Below are positions 1 through 10,223 of a stretch of 64,000 nucleotides of DNA, one piece after another (positions within the stretch are counted from its first letter, which is position 1; each line of letters starts with the position of its first letter). This stretch comes from Candidatus Krumholzibacteriia bacterium (GTDB lineage: Bacteria; Krumholzibacteriota; Krumholzibacteriia; LZORAL124-64-63). The notes under the pieces were generated by a model that worked only from the letters and a program-made list of their open reading frames with translations, had not been told where the DNA came from and did not search any database. The stretch covers positions 3,762 to 67,761 of the forward strand of contig JADGDU010000005.1 in the NCBI GenBank assembly GCA_016744705.1, read 5' to 3'. The translations under genes and the position numbers were made by a program.

Positions 1-1
1 C

Positions 2-3000
2 AGCATGTATGAAAGTGAAATCCTTGGCTATGAACGTAATGGCCAGGTCATGGATGGTCTTGGTTCCTACCTGATCATCCATCCCAACAACGCCACCGTT
101 TTGGCCAACCTGCAACCCTTGATCAACTGGCGCGCACGCCAGGGGTATAATGTTGTTGTGGCCAGCACCGCTGTGGCGGGAAGCAATACCACCAGCATCA
201 AAAACTATATTCAAGGTCAATACAACAGCTTGAGTATCCCTTTGGAATTTGTGGTTCTGGTGGGGGACGCCAATGGCAGTGTCTCTATTCCCACTTACCA
301 GGAAGGCCTTTCCGGATATCATGGTGAAGGTGATCATGAGTACACCATGCTTGAAGGCGGCGATCTGCTGGCCGATGTTCACCTGGGGCGTTTGTCCGTG
401 ACCAGCACTTCCATGCTGGCTGATGTCGTCTCCAAAATTGTGAAATACGAGAGTGAGCCTTACACCTCTGATTCGGGTTGGTTCACTAAAGCTGGTTTGG
501 CGGGGGACCCGGGTGCTTCGGGTTATTCCTGTATCTGGATCAGCCAATGGGTGAAACACCAGCTTTTGGACCTGAACTATACCCAGGTTGATACCATCTG
601 GAGTGGCAACTTCACCACCGCCATGATGAGCACTATCAACGCAGGTGAAAGTATCTTCACCTATCGTGGTTATTATGGCATGAGTGGCATGAACTCCAGC
701 CATATTGGTAGTCTTAGCAATGGCGAAAAGTTGCCTTTTGCCATGATTCCCACTTGTGATACGGGTAGTTTCTCTTCGGACACCGACTGTCGCTCAGAAG
801 CCTTTTTCCGCAACGCCAACGGTGGCGGTATCGCAGCCATCGGTACGGCCACTTCAGGAACGCACACCCGTTACAACAACTGTATGTTCCAAGGTGTGAT
901 GGAGGGTGTTCTCAACAGTGGAGATTCCCGGGTGGGCCCTGGCCTGACCCGTGGTAAGTTGCATCTGTACCGAAACTATATCGAACGTGAATCCGAAAAG
1001 GTAGAAATCTGGTCAACCTGGAATAACCTCATGGGTGATCCCGCCACCGCTCTTTGGTCCGGCGTACCTCGTTCTCCTTCAGTGGAATATCCCACAACCA
1101 TCACTTCAGGAGCCAATAGCCTGCCTGTTACGGTTCGCAATGGTGGTCTGGCCTGGGTTGGTGCCCGGGTGACTGTGTACCGCTCCAATCAAATCCAGGT
1201 CAGCGCCATCACTGACGCCAACGGTCAAGTCAACTTGCCTCTTTCGGGATTAGTTGATGGGGAATATTTGGTGACCGTCACCGGTCGCAACTTGAAACCT
1301 TATCTGGGTGGAGTGAATGTTGGCGACCTGCCCGCATTCGTAAATTTCTCCGCTTTGTCTGTGGATGATGATAATAATGGCGACAGCCAGGGTAATGGCG
1401 ACGGCCAAATTAACCCCGGCGAAATGCTTGAACTGGGCATTGACCTGATCAACACTGGTACCGGTGGTGTCAGCAATGTGACTGCCGAGCTGTCCAGCAT
1501 GAATGACATGGTCACCGTGACCAATGGTTCAGCCACATATGGCTACATCGGCAGTGGTGGGATAAGCAGCGGCCAGGACAATTTTCTGGTGAATGTGGAT
1601 CCTGCCATCCCCGGCGGGTCGGCCATTCCCATGGAATTGGAAGCCACCGATGGCTCAAGCACCTGGACCTCACTGGTTAATATGGTTGTCCAGGGGCCTG
1701 CTGCTGAAGCAGTGGCATATCGTTTGGGCAGTGTCACCATCAACCCCGGCCAGACTTCCACTCTGGAGGTCACCTTGGGCAATACCGGAAACCTGCCTGC
1801 AGGCGCTTTCCAGGCTACTTTAAGCTCTGACAGTCGTTGGGTCACCGTCACCGATGCCAGCGCCAACTTTGGCGCCATGGCTGTGGGTGCCCAGAGCACC
1901 AATACAGTTGATACTTTCGCCATCAACGCTGGTGTGGAATGTTATCCCGGTCATGTGGCCACTCTAACTTTGGACGTGGTCTTTGCCGAAGGCGGCACCG
2001 CCAGTGTGCCTGTACTTCTGACTGTGGGCAGCGCCACCAGCACTGATCCCGTGGGTCCGGACAGGCACGGCTATTATGCCTTCGACAATACCGATACCGA
2101 TTATGAGTTTGCTCCCCAATATAATTGGATTGAAACGGCACCTGAAAATGGTGGCCAGGGTGTGAGCGTGGGATTGTCTGATTTCGGTCGATACGATGAT
2201 GATGTGGTGATTGTTGATCTGCCTTTCGCCTTCAACTTCTACGGCCAATCATTTACAAAGATGTCCATCTGTTCCAACGGTTGGATCAGCTTTGGCGCCA
2301 CCAACATCCGCAGTTATCGTAACTGGACTTTGCCCAGCGCCGGTGCTCCGGATAATATGATCGCCGCTTTCTGGGACGATCTGTATGTCCGCAGTAATAA
2401 CAGTGGCATTTACTCCTGGTATGATGCAGCCAACCACCAGTTGATTCTCCAGTGGGAGAATGTGGGAACCGCCTACAGTCCTTCCGGTGATCAGGATGAA
2501 ACGTTCCAGATCATTTTACAGGATCCGGCCTTCAATGCTGGTGATACTGGCGATGGCATCATCACCATCAATTACAAAGACGTGAACCTCACCGACTCTG
2601 AAACTGGCTACCACTCTGTGGGGATCCAAAATGAAGACCGGGACGATGCGGTTCTCTACAGTTATTTCAATCTTCATCCAGGCGGAGCCGCTCCTTTGGT
2701 CGACGGCCGGAGTATCACTTTCCGCACGGTCATTCCTCAGGCTCAGGGTACCCTGAGCGGCGAGGTCACCAATGCCGGCAACGGTGTTGCTGTTGATGGC
2801 GCTGTGGTCAGTGTCGTTGGCACTGGCTTGAACCTGATGAGCACCGTTGATGGTCAATACCAGACGAACCTGACCATTGGCACTTACGACGTCGCCATCC
2901 ACCATCCATCATTTGCTCCCGACACCACTTTTGGCGTCGTGATCCTTGAAGATGTTGAGACTGTGGTCGATTTTGCTCTGGTTGATACCATGGGACCTGT

Positions 3001-4480
3001 CTTTGCTCTGCAAACCGCACCTGAAAGCACCGACAACACTGTTGGTCCTTATGATGTGGTCTTTGAAGTGAGCGATTTCAGTGGCATTGATGAGACTCAT
3101 TTCTACTACACGTCCAGTAGCACAGGCGGCCCTTTTGAATTGCCGATGCAAGCCGAGGGTCCTGCTGATACCTGGCGTGTTTCCATTCCTGGCCAGGCCA
3201 GTGGAACTCTGGTCCAGTACTGGATGACCAGTTTAGATTTACTGACCTTCAGTAGCAGCGAACCAGCTGGAGCACCTTTTGATGTGCACAGCTTTACGGT
3301 TTCTGAAACGATGGTTGTTTATTCCAGTGCTATGGAAAATGCAGGGGACTGGACTGGTGGCATCAGCGGTGATGACGCTTCTTCCGGTGTCTGGGTCAAC
3401 GTTGATCCCAATGCGGTTATTGAGGGCCAAATGGTCATCGTTCCTGAAGATGATCACAGTGTGCCGGGAACCATGTGCTGGATCACCGGTCAGGATCCTG
3501 TAGGCAGCGCCCAGGGAGCCAATGATATTGATGGTGGAACCACCACCCTCGAATCGCCTGTGATGGATATCAGCAGCTATGATGGCCTTGAAGTTCAGTA
3601 CCACCGCTGGTACACCAATGATACGGGCTTCAGTCCCAACGAAGATTATTGGGTTGTCCAAGCCAGGAACCAGAGTGGTGCTTGGGTTAATCTGGAAAAT
3701 ACATCATCCAGCAACCGCTCCTGGCAACAGATGAACTTTATGCTGAACGATCACCTGACTCTGGGCAATGAGACCCAGTTCCGTTTTGTGGCTTCAGACC
3801 TGGGTGGTGGCTCTGTTATTGAAGCTGGTGTGGATGATTTCATGCTGATCAATTCAGTGGTCATCACCGATGAGGCTGCTCCTGCAGTGAGCATGGTTGT
3901 TCCCAACGGTGGGGAGAGCTTTGGTATTGGTTCAACTATGGATATTGATTGGAACCAGAGCGATGATATCGGTGTGGTTCACGTGGAAATCCTGTTGAGC
4001 ACCGATGGTGGCGCCAGCTTCGATCAGGTCATCACAGAAGGAGCCTTGAATGGATCTTTCAACTGGACTGTGAACGCTTTGGCTGGTTCGACCAACCGGG
4101 TGAAGGTCATTTGCCACGATACCGCCGGCAATAGCACCGAAGCTATCTCGGCAGCCAACTTCACCATCGGTGGCGTCAGCGCTGCGGGTGATGTGCCTGC
4201 TGGCCGCGTGGTTCTGTCCCAGAACGCTCCCAACCCATTCAATCCTCGCACCGAGATCAAATTCTCAGTGCCCACGGATCAGGATGTCTCACTGCGCATC
4301 TACAACGTGGAAGGCCGTTTGGTTCGCACCCTGATTCAGGGACGCCAAATTGCCGGTGCCCACAGTATTATGTGGAGTGGACAGAATGACCAGGGTGGCA
4401 TGGTTGCATCCGGTCTGTACTTCTATCGTCTGAACACCGATAGTGGCACCTTGACCCGTAAGATGACTCTGTTAAAATAA
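2..4480 (+). CDS. Large secreted C25 (gingipain-like) peptidase-family protein with Ig-like/adhesin modules and a C-terminal FlgD-Ig/T9SS-type sorting domain; 5'-truncated by the window edge
   Basis: Frame is open to the window start. C25 motifs FVVLVGD, LGRLSV, IPTCDTG and NLMGDP. C-terminus PNPFNPRTEIKF...IYNVEGRLVRTL...ASGLYFYRL...KMTLLK. Confidence 0.85.
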   Translation, partial: SMYESEILGYERNGQVMDGLGSYLIIHPNNATVLANLQPLINWRARQGYNVVVASTAVAGSNTTSIKNYIQGQYNSLSIPLEFVVLVGDANGSVSIPTYQEGLSGYHGEGDHEYTMLEGGDLLADVHLGRLSVTSTSMLADVVSKIVKYESEPYTSDSGWFTKAGLAGDPGASGYSCIWISQWVKHQLLDLNYTQVDTIWSGNFTTAMMSTINAGESIFTYRGYYGMSGMNSSHIGSLSNGEKLPFAMIPTCDTGSFSSDTDCRSEAFFRNANGGGIAAIGTATSGTHTRYNNCMFQGVMEGVLNSGDSRVGPGLTRGKLHLYRNYIERESEKVEIWSTWNNLMGDPATALWSGVPRSPSVEYPTTITSGANSLPVTVRNGGLAWVGARVTVYRSNQIQVSAITDANGQVNLPLSGLVDGEYLVTVTGRNLKPYLGGVNVGDLPAFVNFSALSVDDDNNGDSQGNGDGQINPGEMLELGIDLINTGTGGVSNVTAELSSMNDMVTVTNGSATYGYIGSGGISSGQDNFLVNVDPAIPGGSAIPMELEATDGSSTWTSLVNMVVQGPAAEAVAYRLGSVTINPGQTSTLEVTLGNTGNLPAGAFQATLSSDSRWVTVTDASANFGAMAVGAQSTNTVDTFAINAGVECYPGHVATLTLDVVFAEGGTASVPVLLTVGSATSTDPVGPDRHGYYAFDNTDTDYEFAPQYNWIETAPENGGQGVSVGLSDFGRYDDDVVIVDLPFAFNFYGQSFTKMSICSNGWISFGATNIRSYRNWTLPSAGAPDNMIAAFWDDLYVRSNNSGIYSWYDAANHQLILQWENVGTAYSPSGDQDETFQIILQDPAFNAGDTGDGIITINYKDVNLTDSETGYHSVGIQNEDRDDAVLYSYFNLHPGGAAPLVDGRSITFRTVIPQAQGTLSGEVTNAGNGVAVDGAVVSVVGTGLNLMSTVDGQYQTNLTIGTYDVAIHHPSFAPDTTFGVVILEDVETVVDFALVDTMGPVFALQTAPESTDNTVGPYDVVFEVSDFSGIDETHFYYTSSSTGGPFELPMQAEGPADTWRVSIPGQASGTLVQYWMTSLDLLTFSSSEPAGAPFDVHSFTVSETMVVYSSAMENAGDWTGGISGDDASSGVWVNVDPNAVIEGQMVIVPEDDHSVPGTMCWITGQDPVGSAQGANDIDGGTTTLESPVMDISSYDGLEVQYHRWYTNDTGFSPNEDYWVVQARNQSGAWVNLENTSSSNRSWQQMNFMLNDHLTLGNETQFRFVASDLGGGSVIEAGVDDFMLINSVVITDEAAPAVSMVVPNGGESFGIGSTMDIDWNQSDDIGVVHVEILLSTDGGASFDQVITEGALNGSFNWTVNALAGSTNRVKVICHDTAGNSTEAISAANFTIGGVSAAGDVPAGRVVLSQNAPNPFNPRTEIKFSVPTDQDVSLRIYNVEGRLVRTLIQGRQIAGAHSIMWSGQNDQGGMVASGLYFYRLNTDSGTLTRKMTLLK

Positions 4481-4497
4481 GAGTTGGTAGTATAAAG

Positions 4498-4546
4498 GGT
4501 CTGGACCATCAGTTAGTCTCTGATGGTCCAGACCGAACCTTTTTCC
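4498..4546 (+). terminator. Probable intrinsic terminator of the C25 gene
   Basis: Perfect 15-bp stem GGTCTGGACCATCAG (4498-4512) / CTGATGGTCCAGACC (4520-4534); T-run a few nt downstream. Confidence 0.65.
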
Positions 4547-4561
4547 CTCAGGGAGAATTCT

Positions 4562-5158
4562 TTGAAATCCCGCCATCTGGTTCCTTTATTCCTGGTTGCT
4601 GCTGTTGTTTTGTTTTCCGGTTGCACCAGCGAGGAAGTACAGCAATTTGAGTCCAACCGTCTTTCCGATGAAAATTCGGCAGAGGATTTTGATGTGGAAA
4701 CCACCTTGTGCCGCAAGGTGAGCCGCAAAAGTGGCCGGCGCATAGGCGTGGGGCAGGAGTTCAAAGTTTCCATCAAATCTTATGTCCGGGCTTTTGTGGA
4801 TTTTGATAACGTCCAAGTGGACCGGCCCTATACCGTGCACTTGGTCTGGATTCGTCCTGACGGCAAAGAAATGTTCCGGAAATATGCCAACGTGCGCCTG
4901 GACCAAGTTCAGGATGACGAATACCGCACCATCATCTCCTGGCTCAGTGCCGAAGATCTGCACAAGGTGAAATCCGATACTCTGCTGACGGCCAAGCCCG
5001 AATTCACTTTGCAAACGCGCCTCAACATCTCGGAAAAAAAGGCCAGAGAGCCTGGTCTGCATCACTTCCGTGTCTATCTGGATCGCCGCTTCCTGTTGGA
5101 AGAGCCCTTCACTGTATTGGGTCCTCCGGTGGTCGCCGAGGCTGATTCCACCGCATAA
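4562..5158 (+). CDS. Hypothetical lipoprotein
   Basis: ORF track 4523-5158. TTG at 4562 after GGGAG is the likelier start. Hydrophobic stretch followed by lipobox LFSGC. Confidence 0.7.
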   Translation: MKSRHLVPLFLVAAVVLFSGCTSEEVQQFESNRLSDENSAEDFDVETTLCRKVSRKSGRRIGVGQEFKVSIKSYVRAFVDFDNVQVDRPYTVHLVWIRPDGKEMFRKYANVRLDQVQDDEYRTIISWLSAEDLHKVKSDTLLTAKPEFTLQTRLNISEKKAREPGLHHFRVYLDRRFLLEEPFTVLGPPVVAEADSTA

Positions 5159-5183
5159 ATCTGCCTTTTTGTCAAAAAAACAT

Positions 5184-5212
5184 GGCCTCCCCAAAGGGAG
5201 GTCTGTCATTTT
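5184..5212. terminator. Possible terminator hairpin
   Basis: GGCCTCCC-caaa-GGGAGGTC stem with an upstream A-run and a short downstream T-run. Confidence 0.4.
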
Positions 5213-5264
5213 GGCACCTCTGTCAGCCCTAACTCAGATATCCCATAATTTCCACGGTTTTCCC

Positions 5265-5292
5265 TTGCGAGCCTCGTGGGGTGGCGTATATT
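5265..5292 (+). promoter_or_regulatory. Sigma70-type promoter of groESL
   Basis: TTGCGA-N16-TATATT immediately upstream of the CIRCE element. Confidence 0.55.
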
Positions 5293-5301
5293 GCCAAACG
5301 A

Positions 5302-5328
5302 TTAGCAATCGACAAGCGAGACTGCTAA
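5302..5328. promoter_or_regulatory. CIRCE operator (HrcA binding site)
   Basis: TTAGCAATC-N9-GACTGCTAA versus consensus TTAGCACTC-N9-GAGTGCTAA (one mismatch per arm); lies between the promoter and groES. Confidence 0.88.
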
Positions 5329-5393
5329 CGTGGTTTCGATTTCATAACGGCTGGGCTAAAAGTCTGGCCTGAACTAAAGGATGGAGAAATACC

Positions 5394-5684
5394 ATGGCTC
5401 TGAAAATCAAGCCTTTGGCTGACCGGGTAATCATCGAACCCTTGGCCCAGGAAACCATGAAGGGTGGCATCATTATCCCCGATACCGCCAAAGAAAAACC
5501 CCAGCAGGGTAAAGTTGTGGCCACCGGCCCCGGCAGCATCAGTGACAATGGCGACCGGGTGAACCTGGAAGTTAAAACTGGTGACATCGTTCTCTACGGC
5601 AAATATGCCGGCACCGAAGTGGCTGTTGATGGCAACGACTACCTCATCCTGCGCGAAAGTGACGTTCTGGCCATTTTGGGCTAG
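5394..5684 (+). CDS. groES: Co-chaperonin GroES
   Basis: [39 protein letters not shown]. Confidence 0.98.
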   Translation: MALKIKPLADRVIIEPLAQETMKGGIIIPDTAKEKPQQGKVVATGPGSISDNGDRVNLEVKTGDIVLYGKYAGTEVAVDGNDYLILRESDVLAILG

Positions 5685-5732
5685 TGCGAACCAACTATAC
5701 TATGTCATTTCCCGGTTATCCGGGTTACATAA

Positions 5733-7403
<1,671 letters not shown>

Positions 7404-7433
7404 TCATTGTCGGTCACTTGACCATTTTGATGC

Positions 7434-7466
7434 AAACGGCCCCTCTTTGGAGGGGCCGTTTTTTTT
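7434..7466 (+). terminator. Intrinsic terminator of groESL
   Basis: AAACGGCCCCTC-tttg-GAGGGGCCGTTT followed by a T-run. Confidence 0.9.
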
Positions 7467-7892
7467 GGTCAGAAGGGGGGCTGGAACAGAAATAGCGCTC
7501 TGAGTGAGCACGGGAGTTGCTCCCAGATAGTTTTGGGGAGTAGAAGGTTTGGGAGTCCAGCTCTGGCAATGGCTCCTGAGTACTATCGCCGAGTAATTGT
7601 GAGCACCCTCTTTGATGGTAACTCTTTTGTTCCCAATACTTAACGTTGTGTAGGCTACATTGGGATACTGTAAATACCTTTTAAAATATTTTCACAATAT
7701 TAGGGTGAGGCCATGATCGTCTCTTCTCTCTGCAGATGCGCTGCTTCTGAGCGGAACCTGAAAGTCTGAACACGCTTGCAAGCAGCGGAGTATCAGATCC
7801 AGGCTACGCAATAATAGAAGCCAAGGGTTTCAGATGGAATTATAGCGTTCGCTTGTACTAGCCCGCTAAAAAATGACCCGAAAGGCCAGAAA

Positions 7893-9317
7893 ATGAAAAA
7901 GCTTTATTTATTAGTTCTAATCTGTCTAGTCCTTGCTGTTTCGTCTTGCTCTTCCGAGCCAAGCTTAAGTTCAAAAGAAGCCAAAACCATTGCCAAAGAA
8001 GCTTATGTCTATGGTTTGCCTATGGTTCTAAATTACAAAACGATGCACAACTATGTGGTTGATAAAAATTCACCAGAATACAAAGGTGAATTGAATCATT
8101 TGGCCTGTATGGCAAGAGTATATACACCGGAAGACAAAGCTATCGTTACCCCAAATTCAGACACCCCTTACTGTATGGCATGGGGCGATTTGAGAGCAGA
8201 ACCTCTCGTACTAACTATTCCTGAAATAGAAAAAGCGCGGTTTTATGAGGTTCAGCTGATTGATCTCTTTACGCATAACTTCGCTTATGTCAGTACGGTC
8301 GCAACAGGTAATGTTCCTGGAAAATATTTGATATCCGGATCAGCCTGGGAGGGTGAGATTCCTGAGGAGATCAACGGGGTCATCCCTTGTGAAACAGACC
8401 TTCTTTTTACCATAATTCGGACGCAATTGTTTAATCCTGATGATTTGGATAATGTCGAAGCGATACAAAATGGATACCATCTTGAGCCATTGAGCTCCTA
8501 TCTTGGGGTTAAAAGTCCTGCTGCGGCACCTGCACTCGATTACCCAAAATGGAATGAAGGTGAGCAGTTTACAGCCGCTGCCTTCAATTATTTGGATTTT
8601 ATGCTCAATCTTGTAGATGCACCTCAAGAAGAGCAAGCCTTGATGAAGCGATTTGCAAAGATCGGATTGGGCACCGATAGTGATTTTGATTTCAATGCAT
8701 TCTCTCCTGAGATACAAAAGGCTATTGAGGAGGGAGTGCAAGAAGGCTTTGCCGAGGTAGAGGCATTTCTTGCAAAGGCAAGTACCGACCCACTGTCCAG
8801 TGCGAAAATATTTGGGACCAGAGAATTTCTCAACAAGAGTTCAAAAGAGAACTATAAGTCAGATGACCTGTTTATCTTGCGTGCCGCTGCAGCACATCAG
8901 GGTCTATATGGGAATTCGGGTGATGAAGCCATCTACCCTACATATTTAGTAGATGCTCAAGGTGCTCCATTTGATGCGTCAAAAAACAACTATACCTTAA
9001 CCTTTAAAAAAGGTGAGCTTCCTCCAGTAACAGCATTCTGGTCTCTCACAATGTATGATGGCAAAACACAACTGCTGATCGAAAATCCACTAAACAGGTA
9101 CCTGCTCAACTCTCCTATGATGGATCAACTCGTTGTGGCAGAAGATGGTTCTTTGACCATTTACATCCAAAAAGAGTCACCGGGGAAAGAGCAGGAACCC
9201 AACTGGTTACCAGCTCCTGATGGACCTTTTTATGCTGTGCTGAGGCTTTATGGACCTGAGCAAGAAGCACTTCAAGGCAAATGGATGAGTCCACCACTTG
9301 TTAAGGCTTCATCATGA
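7893..9317 (+). CDS. DUF1254/DUF1214 domain lipoprotein
   Basis: Lipobox AVSSC; motifs EAYVYGLP, VTPNSDTPY, AFWSLTMYD, NWLPAP, LRLYGP. Confidence 0.9.
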   Translation: MKKLYLLVLICLVLAVSSCSSEPSLSSKEAKTIAKEAYVYGLPMVLNYKTMHNYVVDKNSPEYKGELNHLACMARVYTPEDKAIVTPNSDTPYCMAWGDLRAEPLVLTIPEIEKARFYEVQLIDLFTHNFAYVSTVATGNVPGKYLISGSAWEGEIPEEINGVIPCETDLLFTIIRTQLFNPDDLDNVEAIQNGYHLEPLSSYLGVKSPAAAPALDYPKWNEGEQFTAAAFNYLDFMLNLVDAPQEEQALMKRFAKIGLGTDSDFDFNAFSPEIQKAIEEGVQEGFAEVEAFLAKASTDPLSSAKIFGTREFLNKSSKENYKSDDLFILRAAAAHQGLYGNSGDEAIYPTYLVDAQGAPFDASKNNYTLTFKKGELPPVTAFWSLTMYDGKTQLLIENPLNRYLLNSPMMDQLVVAEDGSLTIYIQKESPGKEQEPNWLPAPDGPFYAVLRLYGPEQEALQGKWMSPPLVKASS

Positions 9318-10078
9318 AAAACAGGTGCCTCACATCTCCACTCATCCTTGTGGTACTGCTGCTTGCCTCAGGATGCGCAACCACAGTGGAACTCTCACGC
9401 CCGGCGGAGGTCGAAGAAGTCCATCCGGGACTCCTTGCCGGATACCTAAAAGAGGGCCCTGATAGCCTGAAACTGGTGGCGCAGCCACCCACTTCCGGAA
9501 GTGCTGCTTTTGCACGCGATGAAGAAGCCAGCAAAGAAAGCTTTGCTTTACGGGGAACGGAACGCTGGAATCAAGCCATCAAGGATGCCAACCTCCATTT
9601 CCCGGCCGCCGCCGATGCCTTTACCGACGTGCTCGGCTTTTCCATATCGGAAGAAAAAACCCCGTTCCTCTATCAACTCCTGCGCCGCACCTTGACCGAT
9701 GCAGGCCTTTCGACCTACACCGCGAAAAACCACTACCAACGCAAACGCCCCTTCATGACTAATGGCCAACCCATTGGTACGCCCGACGAAGAGGATGCGC
9801 TGCGTAAGGATGGTTCCTATCCCTCCGGCCATACCGCTATCGGTTGGGCATGGGCGCTCATCCTGACCGAAGTGGTTCCGGAAAAGACCGATGCCATCCT
9901 CAAGCGAGGATATGAATTTGGCCAAAGCCGTATCATCTGCAACGTTCATTGGCAGAGCGATGTAGACAGTGGGCGGCTCATGGGGTCGGCCACCGTGGCT
10001 CGGTTGCACGCCAACGCCGACTTTATCGCCGATCTCGCTCAAGCCAAGGCCGAGGTCAAAGCTATGAAAAACCCATAG
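9314..10078 (+). CDS. Class A non-specific acid phosphatase (PAP2 superfamily, PhoC/PhoN-like) lipoprotein
   Basis: Lipobox LASGC; three PAP2 motifs KNHYQRKRP, SYPSGH, SRIICNVHWQSD; ATGA overlap with the upstream gene. Confidence 0.92.
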   Translation: MKNRCLTSPLILVVLLLASGCATTVELSRPAEVEEVHPGLLAGYLKEGPDSLKLVAQPPTSGSAAFARDEEASKESFALRGTERWNQAIKDANLHFPAAADAFTDVLGFSISEEKTPFLYQLLRRTLTDAGLSTYTAKNHYQRKRPFMTNGQPIGTPDEEDALRKDGSYPSGHTAIGWAWALILTEVVPEKTDAILKRGYEFGQSRIICNVHWQSDVDSGRLMGSATVARLHANADFIADLAQAKAEVKAMKNP

Positions 10079-10223
10079 CACATTGAAAACCGAGAGAACA
10101 TTTACTGAAGGATTAATTATGAGGATTGCACGCACAACTTGGCCAAATTGGGCCAACCTTGGTGGCGGCGTAAACACTTCTAAGCATTTTTAAAATGCTT
10201 TGGCTTTCATAAGGAGTACAGTG

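Noticed and set aside
7470-7890. Possible tRNA, attachment site or integron attC at the left edge of the accessory block
   Set aside because: No cloverleaf/T-loop, no direct repeat at the right edge, and no attC pattern or integrase seen.
10119-10193. 24-codon ORF (MRIARTTWPNWANLGGGVNTSKHF) with a weak AAGGA RBS
   Set aside because: Too short with no recognisable similarity; could be a remnant but cannot be supported.
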